NCBI RefSeq assembly: GCF_964204645.1
Contig: NC_134025.1
Coordinates: forward strand, 28,004,299-28,068,298
Source: Tubulanus polymorphus
Lineage: Eukaryota > Animalia > Nemertea
DNA: 64,000 nucleotides
Direction: 5' to 3'
The notes under the pieces were generated by a model. The model was not told the origin of the DNA. It saw only the letters and a program-made list of their open reading frames with translations, and made no database searches. The first letter of the stretch is position 1. Every line of letters begins with the position of its first letter. The position numbers were made by a program, and so were the translations under genes. This document shows, piece by piece, positions 10,432 to 24,300 of this stretch.

Positions 10432-12305
10432 ATGCGTGTCGTGCCAACAAGTATCATGAGAATGTTATACTGTCTTTTTACATTATTGTGCATTTCGCGG
10501 TTTTCTATGTGCATTGAGTCGTCGGAAAATGCAACATCTTACAGCGATGGTCGGTTATCCCTGAAGGTGGAGCCACCGGAATTGAACAATCTATCCATGT
10601 GGAACGGTATCGCTGTAATAACTATCAATTATCAATTGAACAGCGAAAATCCCTGGAAGTTGAAGACTATCCCAGAAGATGATGAATTGGTAACCATTGC
10701 TGGTAGCGGACAATTTCTGCTCAATGGAACGAATGACCTCTCTGGGACAAAATTCAGTGGATCCATTAATTTGACTCTAAGCGGGCATTTCATAGGATTT
10801 ACGAATCTCAAGTTCTACATTAGTAACGATTCAAAAGTATTATCTGATAGCAACAGTACTTGGTACAGTTTACCGGTGGAATATTTAGTTACAGTAATTC
10901 GTCCGGATAGAGTCGTCGACATCATATTCAGAGTTACCATATCAATATTGGTGGTTATCAGTATGATACTAATGGGAACCAAAGTCGACCTTGATGTGGT
11001 GAAAGAAGTACTCAAACGACCTTATTCCCCTGCAATTGGATTCTTTTGTCAAGTTCTTATAATGCCTTCCGTACGTATATACACATGTCCATTCTTTTAT
11101 ATTCATCCAATAGACTCTAATGGGGGATTCGGTTTAGGGTCCATGAATCATCAAAATGCAAACGGTTTCAGTTTATTCCTCATTTCCGCCTACTTAAATT
11201 CATTGATCAATGAATTTAAGTATGATCATGATCATTATATATTGAAAAACGTGTTCATTATTTCTCATGTAAATTTTATTATAATTGTGACATATAATAT
11301 TGTAGTTGGCATATGGCATATCAAGGATGTTGCGGCTGAATCCTAGCCAGGCGCTGGGTATATTTGCAACAGGCTGTGCTCCCGGTGGTGGGCTCAGCAA
11401 CACGTATACATACCTGTTGGATGGTGACTTATCGCTCAGTATTACTATGACAGTTATATCAACGATAGCTTCACTAGGCAAGTAATTACCACTGTGAATG
11501 CATTTAGCACTGTGAGAATTAATTACCTGTCATTATTTTTCCTGCTTATCTGATCGTGTGCGTTGGATTTTTTTCAAACGACAGAATCAATCGACGGGTT
11601 GTGTGGAAGCCTTGATCCGAATTTCTTTTTCGTTTTTTTCCAGGTACTATACCCCTTTGGATGTTCACTGTAGGGCGGCTTATTATTGAAGATATTCCTA
11701 ATAAACAAATGAAGATTCCATATAAGAATATATTCATAACTTTAGTTATGATAGTAATACCCGTTGGTATCGGATTATTGTTACAGAAGAAAGCTCCCAA
11801 GTGGACAAAGATGTTGAGTAAATGTATGCGGCCTTTCCTCATAGTCCTCATACTATTCATTGCTTCATTTGGCATCTGGGTCAATGTTCACATGTTTAAG
11901 CTGTTTACCCCAAAGGTCGTAGGTGCGGGTATGTTACTTCCTTGGACGGGTTTCGCGCTGGGGGCCTTAATACCTTTTATATTCCGCCGTCCCATTACAC
12001 GTGTCTTTACCATTGCTATAGAGATCGGCATCCAGAATACTGGCGTGCCCATATTACTATTATTACTATCCCTAGAGGCTCCTCTCGGTGATTTAGCTAT
12101 CATCGGTCCAGTAGCTGTTGCTTCTTTCACTCCGTTCCCGTTACTAATCGCCATAGCTTTCGTTGAAATTCGTAAAAGATGGTGCAATCGTGGCGAGCGC
12201 CAGCTGGCTGTCGATGACGATAAAGGCGAATACATGAACGGAGATGCGACCAGAGAAGATGCAGATTTTGTGAACATTCAACTAACGAATGGAGTAACGG
12301 ATTAG
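10432..12305 (+). CDS. SLC10-family sodium/bile acid cotransporter-like protein with extended N-terminal luminal domain (P3/SLC10A3/A5-like)
   Basis: Exons 10432-11070, 11306-11477, 11644-12305. Signal-peptide-like N-terminus; SBF motifs LMGTKVD..VLKRP..PAIGFFCQVLIMP, GCAPGGGLSNTYTYLLDGDLSLSITMT, TIAIEIGIQN; AATAAA at 12597. Confidence 0.92.
11478..11643 (+). other. GC-AG intron in SLC10 gene
   Basis: Donor TAG|GCAAGT and acceptor TTTTCCAG|; this junction keeps the frame (ASLG-TIPLWMF), the nearby GT 4 nt downstream does not. Confidence 0.85.
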
Positions 12306-15300
12306 AAACTCTTTTTCCCTGATTTTTATCATGAGTTTTTTAAGATTTATTTAGATTTTTCCACTTATCGCGTGAAATCCCAATCTCTCATATTGAACAA
12401 GTTTTGTAATGGTTTTCTTACATAATTTTTGTTGGTGATGGGTGCGTTGTTCACATACCTGATCGAGTCACCATCTACCATTAGTAAACCTATACATATA
12501 TATTTTGTATGTATGATATACAATATCTTCTTATATTGTAATGAGACTTTTACTCACATGACCGTATAAAACTATTCATAATTATACGAAGTTGACAATA
12601 AATGCTTCAGCGCATCATAGTATATGATCTTGCTATATATAAGAAAATACGAGTTGTTTGTCTTATTCTATTTTAGATATCTTAACTCTGGTTGGGATAA
12701 AATAACGGCGTCAAAGCGACATGAAGGAAATAAAGAAACGACTGTGAGACTTGATATTCGGAGGAGATGTATGAGTCTGACTGTAATGTAATGTAATTTA
12801 GATAAGATTTTTGAAAAAAGAATCTCGAGACTATGTTGTGATACTGACTCGCGATTCAAGAAACCTAGCCAAACGGTAATTAGTTAGTTAGAATAAGTAC
12901 ACATCCGTTTCTCTTTACCAGACCGAGCACGATTTGTCCGATTCAAAAAGAGCGCTAGCCATTTAGAACAGGATTTCCTTCAGCATGAAAATGCCATTAA
13001 TGTCCAGATTGGTTTTGCGGCATCAATTTCCGCATGAATGAAAAGTAGTGGAATTCAAATTTGGCCGCCAATTCCAGTCAAGATACCTATATATACAATT
13101 ATACACGTACGTAAAATCTATCAGATAAAATGTGCTAAGACTTAAGTTACATTCGATATTCAAGAAATATGGTGAACACCTCTCTATGAGATATTGAATT
13201 GAACTATCTATGATGTTCAGTTTCTGAAATACCGATCAACTAATTACTGATATCTCATGACAGACCAAACTGAAACCATTCGGTTTTATCCAAAACTAAG
13301 AAAATCATAAATCCAACGATCGATGTACAAAATACATGCAACTGATGCAAAACATATACACGTACTAAAACCTATCAAATCAAAAAAAAACAATCAAATG
13401 AAATTTCTATCCTAGAAACCATTCATGTATATCATGATATTGTGTATATTTTCTACTATCAGATATACAGTATAATGTTTCGTTGATGATTAGAACAGTT
13501 GGTGAAAACCGTAACTTATTTATATCTCAGCTCCGGTCGGTAGTTAGTTTGAAAGGTCAGTAATTCACCACCTAAACACGCTTACGAAATAAACTATTGA
13601 GTGTCTACAGGATCGAGTTCACTATCACCTAGTATCATCCTATTCAAGAGCTGGAAAGCGAAAATCCCTGTGACCTGGTCACCTGTCAGTCATCTGACAT
13701 TTACAGATACGACCGCCTTAATAACTTAACCGGAAATTGTCCGGTTTTTCTTTGACGTCAAATGCTGAGTAGTAACAGCGATCACGTCAAATGTGATTAT
13801 ACGGTTGCGATGAGAAGAAACTCGTAGCGAATACAAACGCCGATTCCACCTAAATCACGAAGTTGATTACACCGCGTGACTGCCTACGAAATTACTGATT
13901 GTAATTGTATAATGATAGTTCAAAACGTGTATTAATACGAACAGACAGAGTTTTATTAGCCCTACTTCTTACAAAGAGAACAGGAAATTGCCGCTACATC
14001 TCCTGAGGTGGCCAAGACTTCATAACAGTTATTCAATAATATTACCATCACGGTATTGCAAACGTTTCCTTTGCCATCAATACTCAGTACTTTTTATTGT
14101 TTACAATCTATCTCTATTTTTAGTTGGCAGTTTCATCCGAACAAAATCAAAGGTTCGCGAATTTTCTGCTGACAAAAAAACCTACATACAGCATAAATAC
14201 CCAGAGAATTTATCGGATGTCTATCTTTAGACATAAGCTTCTATTATTCATTTTCATCTTTCGCCTAGATGTAAGATAATCTCTGTAACCGTAATAAGTA
14301 GCAGTTCATCTTGCGAAATCTAAATCTAAATCTTTTATTTAGTTTAGCCGGAAAGATCATTATCTATACACTTCAAGCATTTTAACAAAATGGTACTTAA
14401 ACGTGAATAATTTAAGTTCTGTAGCGTATTAGCAAAAATAAAAATATACGGTAGTAAAAAATCAGTGGATCCTGAACAATACCAACTTGACCAGAATTCG
14501 ACCCTTACAATTTATGAGATCATTTTTACGACAAATAATCAGCAGCGTCAGATTATTAGCATTGTTAGTTGCTTGTCTATGAAGCCGTTAGATGTTTTGT
14601 TAACGTGATTATTTGGTCAACAGATTTGACATCATCTTCCAACATGACATTCGCCACTAAGGCTTCCTCGCTGCGAGTGTAAATCATACATGTCGGCGGC
14701 AGTTTTCCAGCGGTTTTTTGCTGCATTGATCAGATCACGTTTAATCATGTCGAATGATATAGTGTACTCTATCTACTGTCTCGACAACCGTCGTCTATGA
14801 ATGTTTTGTTTTATCAGGTAGTTTTTCCGTATACATAGCTTGGTGTCTACCGTACATTGTCAATTTTAAAGATGCACATACGCATGCTATCCAAACCAAG
14901 ATAGATGATATTGTTGATATCGTCAACAGCGACTTAAAAAAAGGTGTTTGATAAAAACTCTGCTGTGTTAGCGGTATGTGAACGCCACGCAACATGTAAC
15001 CCGATAGAATTGGCTCTCACAACACGCATCGTTTTAAACCATTCAAATAAAATCCTCAAACAACTACTGACACGGAATTTAATTATTTTCACCGTTGAAT
15101 ATTTTCAGACAGCAGTTATTTAATTTCCTTTGATTTTGTGACTAGAATTCATCACATCCCGAGACTGAGATTCGCTGTTGGGGGAATGATCGCTGAATTA
15201 CTTCGAATACTAAATAAACATCAATATAATTTGCCTCTTTGCTAGTAGATAAAAATACATAAGCTTCAATTTTTACTTAAGCATCGTCGTTACTTTTTCA

Positions 15301-18300
15301 CAGAAATACTTGGGAACTAGTGCAGCTAATGATTTGAGAGCAGTGGAAATAAACTGTCAGGAGCGAACTACGAGAACAATGCGCCTATCTCAAAAATGTT
15401 AATGAAGACAAATATTTCTACCATACACGATTCTAAAGCTACGGCCTAAATCAGTGTTCAGCCGTCGCTAACACAAATCATACATCATTATTAGAGACAG
15501 GAAACTGTTACTGCAATAGATCGTATTTCTGTAAATTTTCGCAAGACGTCCCGACTTTTGTTAAAGAAAGAAGATATCCCGGTTTTAGTTACCATCACTG
15601 TAAACACGTCAAATCCCGTGGCAGAAATTTAAATCTGTTGAGCAAGCTGAAATCCCATTCAATCGTTAAGTTGAATTGGATCCCGATTTTAAAGGAAAAA
15701 TCCTGGAAGCAAAGCATCGCATACATCATATACATAAATACTTTATTCACGTGAAGTACAGCCTCAACATAAGTCACTTCAAAAGTTTCGGCCGCGAAAA
15801 AAAGTCTTGTGTGTATTCATTAAAGGTGTGAATGCAAGATGGCCAGTGGTTGAAGTAGATCATTATACATCTAACACACAACTACCTGAGCTGCGCAAAG
15901 TGGTTGCCGTATAGAGAGTAATCTCCAATTCTTTACCTGTCAATTATTGTTCCTGGACCAATTAATATACGAACAAATGGAGACTTATTTCCGTTAAGTA
16001 CGCGTCGTACAGATTCTGTGAAGTATGGCCAATCCACTAAGGCGACTATGATATATTGATACTATGCCAAAAACAAGCTTAGCCCTCTCGCATAACTTAT
16101 TTCTTCCACCTATTTCGTTTCCAGGGAAATCGTTTTCGGGATATCATTTCCTACTTTCGAAAATTGTAATTAAATCATAACTTTTGAAGTAAATACGCAC
16201 AATAAAAAGAATCGTAAATAAAAAGACTCTTCGAGAATTTCTAAATCATTTTACGCATTCATATGACTTCATACATAGATTTCCTTCCAACTCGAAAACG
16301 TATTAAGTTTAGGATGACTTTCAAAAGAGATTGCTTTCACATTACTACACCAGTACACTGCACAGCAGCGGCATCTAAATTTGATAATTCGAAATCAAAT
16401 ATGACAGGATCAATTTCAGATTATTGCCCGAAATCAAATCACTGTTATTACTTGGTTATATCAATTCGGTTGGAAGACCGAAATTAAATCGGAAATAGGT
16501 GATCATGATTTGATCTTCAGTCAGGAAGCGAAATCAAATCAAGCTATAATCAATTTTGATTCGTACACGGGTACTTAAATATATTTATGTATTTTCTTAG
16601 TAGTCGAAACGAAACACAAATACATTAATGTTTACAATAAATTTACCGAGTATGATAAGTTTTGGCATGTGACGCCGGACTTGCTCAATGTTGTCAAATA
16701 TGAGATGGTAAATGGAGTTTACGATATTGCGGATATCTCTGATCAAACGTCTAATATCGAGAAACGAAAATCTGATCGATGGTATAGTTTATACCAACGA
16801 CATAAAACAAGTGAGTTTATGTTATCATCTTGTCTCCGGATTCGCGTACACTTCTAAAACATACGTTTGTAATAAGCCGTTTATATAAAATATAGCCTCT
16901 ATTACCAATATTCTCGACTACGTGGAACCCGTTAAATGATGTATTCGCCCATATCAGTTGGCTGGCCGATGGGATTACTGGGATGGGACTTTTGCAAATG
17001 CGCTTCGTTCTATTATAGTGTTACTTTAGCTAACTCGTGTTAAAGAACCTAACATCCGAAACTTGAAACTGACCTCGTGGGAATGACTTTTTGCAATGTG
17101 CTGTAAGAAAAATTTTCCAGCGTTTGCATTTTCGGAGTAGAATATCTAGGTCTCTTCGTGTCCTGTTCTCATTACAGGTTATGAAAGAAACATGAACGAT
17201 GAACACGACACGAGGTATACAACCATTGTCTCACTGAATGAATAAATCCTATCGTTGAATATGAATCCCCAAAATATTCGTTAACGTAACTTGTAATTCG
17301 ATTCATCCCTTAGGCCGCAGAATAAATAAATGAATAGTAGGCTCTTGAAGATGGAAAAGTTCGTTTGAATTTAGTTATGGATATAAGAAATAATTCAAAC
17401 CCTGTCAGCGAGCTTATTCTAGCGAGGCGCTTTGCGTGGAATATCTATATTTGATTCCGATTTGTATTTTCTCCTGAGTTTATATTTTCATCTATTCTTC
17501 TAGTGAACGTATGATATCGGTGTTATTTATTTATGAACGAAGGTAAGTTTTCGTCATAGTTTCAGTTTCAACATATGCTATGTTTGCAAAAAAAAGAATG
17601 TGGAACGAAATCATTTCGAAATACAAGAGTTTTTGTAAAGAAATGTTTTCTAAGGAATGATTGTCATTTTACATCCGTCAATGCATACAATCCATCAACG
17701 CATTTCTGCAAATGAATGCACACGATTTTGGACAGAGGCCCGGATTCTGCGAGCACAATCACTTTGTTGTACTTGACATAATCTTCCCAGATCTAGTGTG
17801 GGACAGATCCCGAAAACAGCCGTCTGCAAAAGACTGAAAGAGCGATTATAGAACGCCGACCAAAGCACTCAATCGAAAGCTTAAGCTGGTTTAGAGTTTC
17901 AGTCGTCCCCAAGTCTCCAGTCACTTGCCAATAGTCAGCTATTTCTCACAATAACTGATGTGCAAAGAAAGATTTTTCCATGCGACATTCGGTGTTTGTC
18001 TCTAAAACACAACATCATGCGAAGTATTGACATTCACTCGACGGAAGATTTTTGGATGAATGATAAACTATCTGCGGATGGGCATTCGATTCCTCTACTC
18101 GTCTGGGTGAAGAAGGGCCGCACTACTGCAGCCGCTCTCCTCGGTTGCATAAGTGTTGTTGTTTTTTCTAGTAAGCTGCCTTGTAATCAAAGTTAGGGCT
18201 AAGGAATTATTGAAGTGTCAGTTTAAGATATTTATCGTTGAAATGAATTGCTCGAAGGATTGAAAGATCGTAAGATAGTCAAGCGTGTTTATCACATGAC

Positions 18301-21300
18301 AAATTACCAGTTTTTCTCGATATAGTCGTGTCAGTTAGTCCGTTGGGGATACGCAGTCATCGTTCTCATATTCTCATCCTTGAATACCAGTCCATAAATT
18401 TTGGGAATTCAAATCCGATGCTAAACGCATTGCCTAAAGCGAAATTACGATTATTTTCAATTTGTCTGCTAAGAATTAATTTGAATTTTTCTGTTAGAGT
18501 TATTATGTTGGCAACAAACGCGAATATGAAGGCCTTTAATCGCCAAAGGCTGCTACTTTTCATCGGAGATTTTTCATTGATGATTTCGAATATAAAACTA
18601 CGTCGATGAATGGATAATTAGTTGGATTTGAAACGAAATTTATATTCGTTTCATAGGTTCCATTGGTCACAGTGTTTTTCTCATTGTAAGGATGCTGACT
18701 TAAGTCTCATATGTGCAGTGAATACATATCCCCCTTTTGCTGATAGCTTAACACGCAACTCATTGATATCCTTGAGAAGACAACTAAACTAATGACAAGC
18801 ACGCAATGGTCGAGTGACCCCGTCGTTTTAGCACTACCGAACTAACGTGTGTCATCTTAACTGCATTGCATCCAACACACCGGACATATTCAGGAGCTGG
18901 TTCCACTTCAATTAAATGAATTTTGGCTTTAAATGCAAATTTATCTAGCGACTCGGGAAGAAGATTATTCAATCAGATTGTTCAAATATCGAAGATGTTT
19001 ACAAATTGATTGGAAATCGAATTCCACGTCGCTGTATTTCAAACCGGGCTATTATGACACACAATGCGTGATGTATTCGGACTTTTTTGCGCCGACAATT
19101 CAACGCGAAACAACGTAAAGCAAAGGTTTACCGAACGTTTGATTTGTATTAATCTTAGCAGCAGATACCCGGGCATATTTGTCGACAGAACTTTCAGGTC
19201 TATAAATTTGAGCGTACGGTGACTATAACGTTACGCACGGTGTGCTGCTTCTGCTGTTACGAACCGCACGCAGTTCCAAGCATCGGAGGGAGAACTATTG
19301 CCTCGACGCCGCTCAAATAAATCACAAGTTTGTCTTCGGGATTCTACTCAAATAACGATTTAGATTCAGAACTAAGTTCGTTCGAGTTTTAATAGAAGAT
19401 TAGTTTCAATCAGTATAACAGACAACACTGGGATTCGGATGTCTCAATTTGGGTAGGTCACATGTTTCTCAATCACCGATTATTTTTTCTGATCAAATCT
19501 ATCGAAATATGTTTTATATTTTAATCAATTACTTGTGTTTACTCACCAAGATTGATAATATTTTGCAATAAAAAAGAAATCGTTTTATTCGTACAAGTAC
19601 AAGCAGTTTATCATTCTAAATCAATCCTTCGTTGAAATGATACCCTGCCTACATCGGCACCGACGAAAAAGCAGCTAGTATGAATTTTAATTGACAGAAA
19701 AATTTATGTTACTTTTTCTTGATAACAGCTATTTGTGATAAAAGTACGTCTCCGTGAGGCCAGGTGCCTTTGTTATGTATTTTGCTGAGTTGTGTTGAAA
19801 TGCAGGTGTAAAAGTTTTAAAACTAGAATTGCAGTCTCTTAGTTATCAATACATACACATTTACTCACATCACATCAGGTCATCTTCAATTCACCAATTC
19901 AATTAAGTATTTGATGAAGACACATTTAGTTGTTCGCTGATTATCAAATTTTGGGAGTCCTTCATTTCGCCGCGTCAAAAATTGTCTCGGGCATTGTTAG
20001 AAAGTTTACTAGCCCTGATAACTAGCCGATCAAAAGATTTATTGCAGGCCAGAAATGAGCTCATTTGATTCAGTGAACACCCCGGGAGTGGCTTCCCATC
20101 TCGAATACTAATATCAGTTGTGAACATCGATGAACTTTTGCTATTGACTCACCTTGCAAAAGTCATTTTCTGTGTGTGTTTTTGTTTCTAAATTGTAAAA
20201 TACAATTCTGTTTAGTTCCGTCAGGTAGAATTCTTACGTTTGGAAGCATTTTCGTATCGACTCTATCGAAATCTGTTTTTAAATATTTTTTAAAATATAT
20301 TTACGCATGAAATTGATAAGGTCAGAACGAAGGAAGTCAGATGTACGTGACCGCCGTAGAACGTGATCTTTCATAATGTGTATTAAAAACTATTGTAAAT
20401 TGACGTCAGCGTTCTGACGCGACATGCCCCTGAAAACGTGACTTTTTCCTGATGTAGAATAAAATTATCTGCACGGGTTTCAATAATATTTGAAAAATGT
20501 TATCAGTATTTCTTCATATCAGTAACTTTGTGCCAAGCTTACTAAATTGGTAGATGGGTTTTCGATCTAGATGATATTTGATTTCAACCACGGTCGATGG
20601 AAACTAAGCGCTGAATGTAATTAACGATTAACAGTTGCACATTTAGCTTTAGACATTGAAGGGAGTGAGGGCTGACCAACACGTCATATTTATAACTTAA
20701 CTAATTACTCACAAGTGTTCATAGAATTCATCTATAGATTTATATCATCATCGAATAGAAAATGGTCAAGGGAATTTTACAGAAACGAGATGTTGAATTT
20801 TGATTCCCGATTAAATCATTAAATTCAAACATTGAGACTTCTTCGAAATTGCTAGCTGAATAATCGTTTTTGTCTACTCTGTCTACCTATATGTAAATTT
20901 TTCAATAATGTGTTGATCAAGTTTTTTAAAATGTTCGGGATGTTCACTCCGTCTGAGTGTGAATGGTGCTTAAAGTAACTTTTGTAGAAATAGTTGTATG
21001 AATTAGTCAGTGAATCTGTTTCGGTTCATCTGAAATAATTGGTTACTCGGAATGTTCTTCGTGGTATCATTTACCACTCTTGTGCAGCTTGTGTAATTAT
21101 TAACACAGCAATTACCGCTTTTCAGGGATATCTCCCATTTAACTTCGCGTATATTTGAAAGCGTCCCGACCAATTTTAGAAAATATTTTCACTTAGTTTA
21201 ACTCAATTGTTGATCAGAGTACAACATAACATATCAACTCCCGCGGCGCGGCTACTCCATTTCTGGAGCATTTTCATCAGCAGTTGATGCACATTTTGTA

Positions 21301-24300
21301 GTCGTCACCCCATGGAATGTCGTTCGTCAAACACACATAATGTTTTCTACGTAAGAAATGAGCTTGGTTCCTATTGAGGAACTTGGGGCAGTTTCCTACC
21401 ATGTGCATCGCTAATTGCAAAATCTAATTAATGCATCTCCCGCTAATTGTTTATTTTCACACGTTGAAACGACTCCCCGAACCACTGGAATTGAGCGAGA
21501 TATACAGGCAACTCACGTTCCTAATTTCGGCTATAGGAAAGATACACTCTCAGGAGAAGAATTCTTCGTTTATCATATTAACCCGGCTAGGCTATATTGT
21601 TTGATTTGATCTCAAGTCAGCCGGTGATGACAAGACCTGTCGCATTCACAGGAGCGCAAATGATATATTTTCAACATTTTCATTTCATTTTTTGCTGAAA
21701 TAATTGAAGTTCGAACTCATTTTCTGCTTTTATGTATTCATGAGAGAATTTTGATTATCAAAAACATACTTTTTTTGCTGTTAAATACTTTAGAGGAAAA
21801 GAATAAGATATGATTGAGGTTATCAGCCGCAATGTTATATATCGAGACCCGTAGATTCCTGATCTATCCGTAGGCTAAATTGAAGGTTGAAATATTTATA
21901 AAGCAATTCGTCATCTTACATAGCGTATATGACAGATATCCTCCCTCGATACACGTTTTCTATATTACCATCTTATGTTTTTTATGGTCTGTTAAGCTAA
22001 CCACCAAGGTCTGTCGATTTTGAAGGTAAAAGACGGTCATCGGATATGGTGCAGATATCCACACTTGGATATAACATATTATAGCAGTTGATTATGGTAA
22101 CAAAGTAATAAAACTGTCTCGCGATGGTATATTTAACATCATCTAAAAGAATTATGATATTTAAGCGGAAACCAATAGTATAAAACTTTTTCTCCATTGG
22201 TATGATGACGGCTTCGCGCAAGGAACTTGAAACCCAGCACGGTTTAGAGCTAAAAGCAATAATTTTTAATTAACTACGGCTCCGATTGCTTGTCGCGGCT
22301 GTCGGCTATAAGTGGGTTTTAGTATCGTCGAGGAATCCTCCGTTTAACCATCATTCTATGCATACACAATGAAAGAATACCCTTAATTGGTTATTTTATT
22401 AGCCGGACTCCCGGACTCGGTCGTTTTCCTGACAAACAAGCCGATCTTTCATCGCGCTATTTATCGATTTGAAAGTACAAAAATTGTACCCTATCAGCAT
22501 GTTTATTTTTAAAGCGATGTCATCGAAAAACTACGTATTGTTGTAGTACAGTAATAAAAAAAGAAGAATTAAATGTCACAGAAAACTTTAGATTGATGAA
22601 GTTTTAGTTCTGTAATTTATAAGCTATAAAAACTGTCCCGATCTGCATATTGTTATCTATTTTATCGTGCACTGGAGCTTAGCCAGAATTGGATTCGGAA
22701 TTCTAATTGTAGAGATGCGTGAAGTCTAGATTTTGTACGTCGTCATCTTCCTACATTTAAAGATCATTATCACTTTCTCTCTCACCCATCTCCTTTAAGA
22801 TATCCCCACTTCGGAAAGCATTTCGTTGGCCGGAGCCGCAGCTGGAAATATAACAATATACACATCAGGGCAAACAGTTGACGTGGGTCATTATTAGGGT
22901 GTTTTCTCCGGGCAAATATACTTCGCTTCGAATGAGTAGCCGTGGTTCAACGCTCTAACTCTATCACCGCCGAATCGATCCGTTATAATGTTAGTTTTTC
23001 CTCGATTTCGTCGACGAAAGGGATTTTAAATCAAATTTGAATCGTCGAAGGTCACATATGTAAACTGGTTATGATCCATATTAATCAGAAATGAGATATC
23101 CCCTGGGAACACGTGCTTCATAATCACGCATTTTCACACGTCAACTGTGAATTCCTCTGAATACCATCATTTCGCGCCATGATATTTTATGAGAATTTGG
23201 AAAGTCCTGATATCAGAAAACAGCGATTTTATTAAGATGTAGAACAGATTATGATGATTTATAGTTTATGAAGTTCGGAGTTCGGAAAAAAGTGTCTCTG
23301 ATTGAAAAAGACAAATTCCAAAATCATACGTTGCGTATTAAATTCTTCTTTTGAGATATTCCTCATCAGATCAAACCACAGGGAGACTGCGGGAAAGAGA
23401 TGTCTAGACTGACTTAGGTCGGATTTGTAGAGAATTAATTATAGATTTATTCAGTTTGGAGTCTAATGATCGTGAACGTCAGAAAGAACGATCGAATCAT
23501 GAAACACATTTTACCATTGAAGATTTTGAAGCTCATTATTTATCAGTGATTCTGTTGTCAAAGTCTTAGTCGAGATATTGATGATTCTGATGATTTCTGT
23601 AAAGCTATTATGTTTACCTACATATGTTAACCCCCTACTATACAGTCTATTATTTACTGACATTATTTACTTTTTGTTGTTAATCGTAGATATTTTTTAT
23701 GTATGTTATACGTTGACTTTGTAGACTTCGACTAGTTTTTATTGATTTCGGTTCACCATCGAATATTCAGATAATTTGAATATTTTGTAATAAACTAAAA
23801 AAAGCTAATTTAATCACGCAAACGAACGATGTCGCATGTCAGGACACCTGTGGTTTAAATCTTCATTCTGCTCACGACGTTTTGCCTTTCATCTCAACGC
23901 ATAATTTCTGAATGAATCAATTTAATCAAAGTAATTGCTGTCAGATGCATTTTGAAATTGAAATCATTTTCATCCCACATTTCATGATGTGATCACGTTT
24001 TGGAGATTATCATCTTATGTTATTGTCATTCTCGTGTTACACGAAAAGTACAGAATTCTCTACAAAATTCATGAAACATGTTATATGTTCTATTGTTGAC
24101 AGGTTGATAGCTTGTTTCGTGTATGAAACTAGATTCAGTTTTACAGATGAATTTGAACATTAGCTGCAATTTAATGAAAAAAAAGATGCTCCCCGAAATC
24201 TTGATTCATCGTGAATGGTCCCCAATAAAACCACTCACGCACGCAGAGGCATTTCGTTTCAGGTCTTAAACAGCTCGAACCATAAGTCGAAACTATTCTC

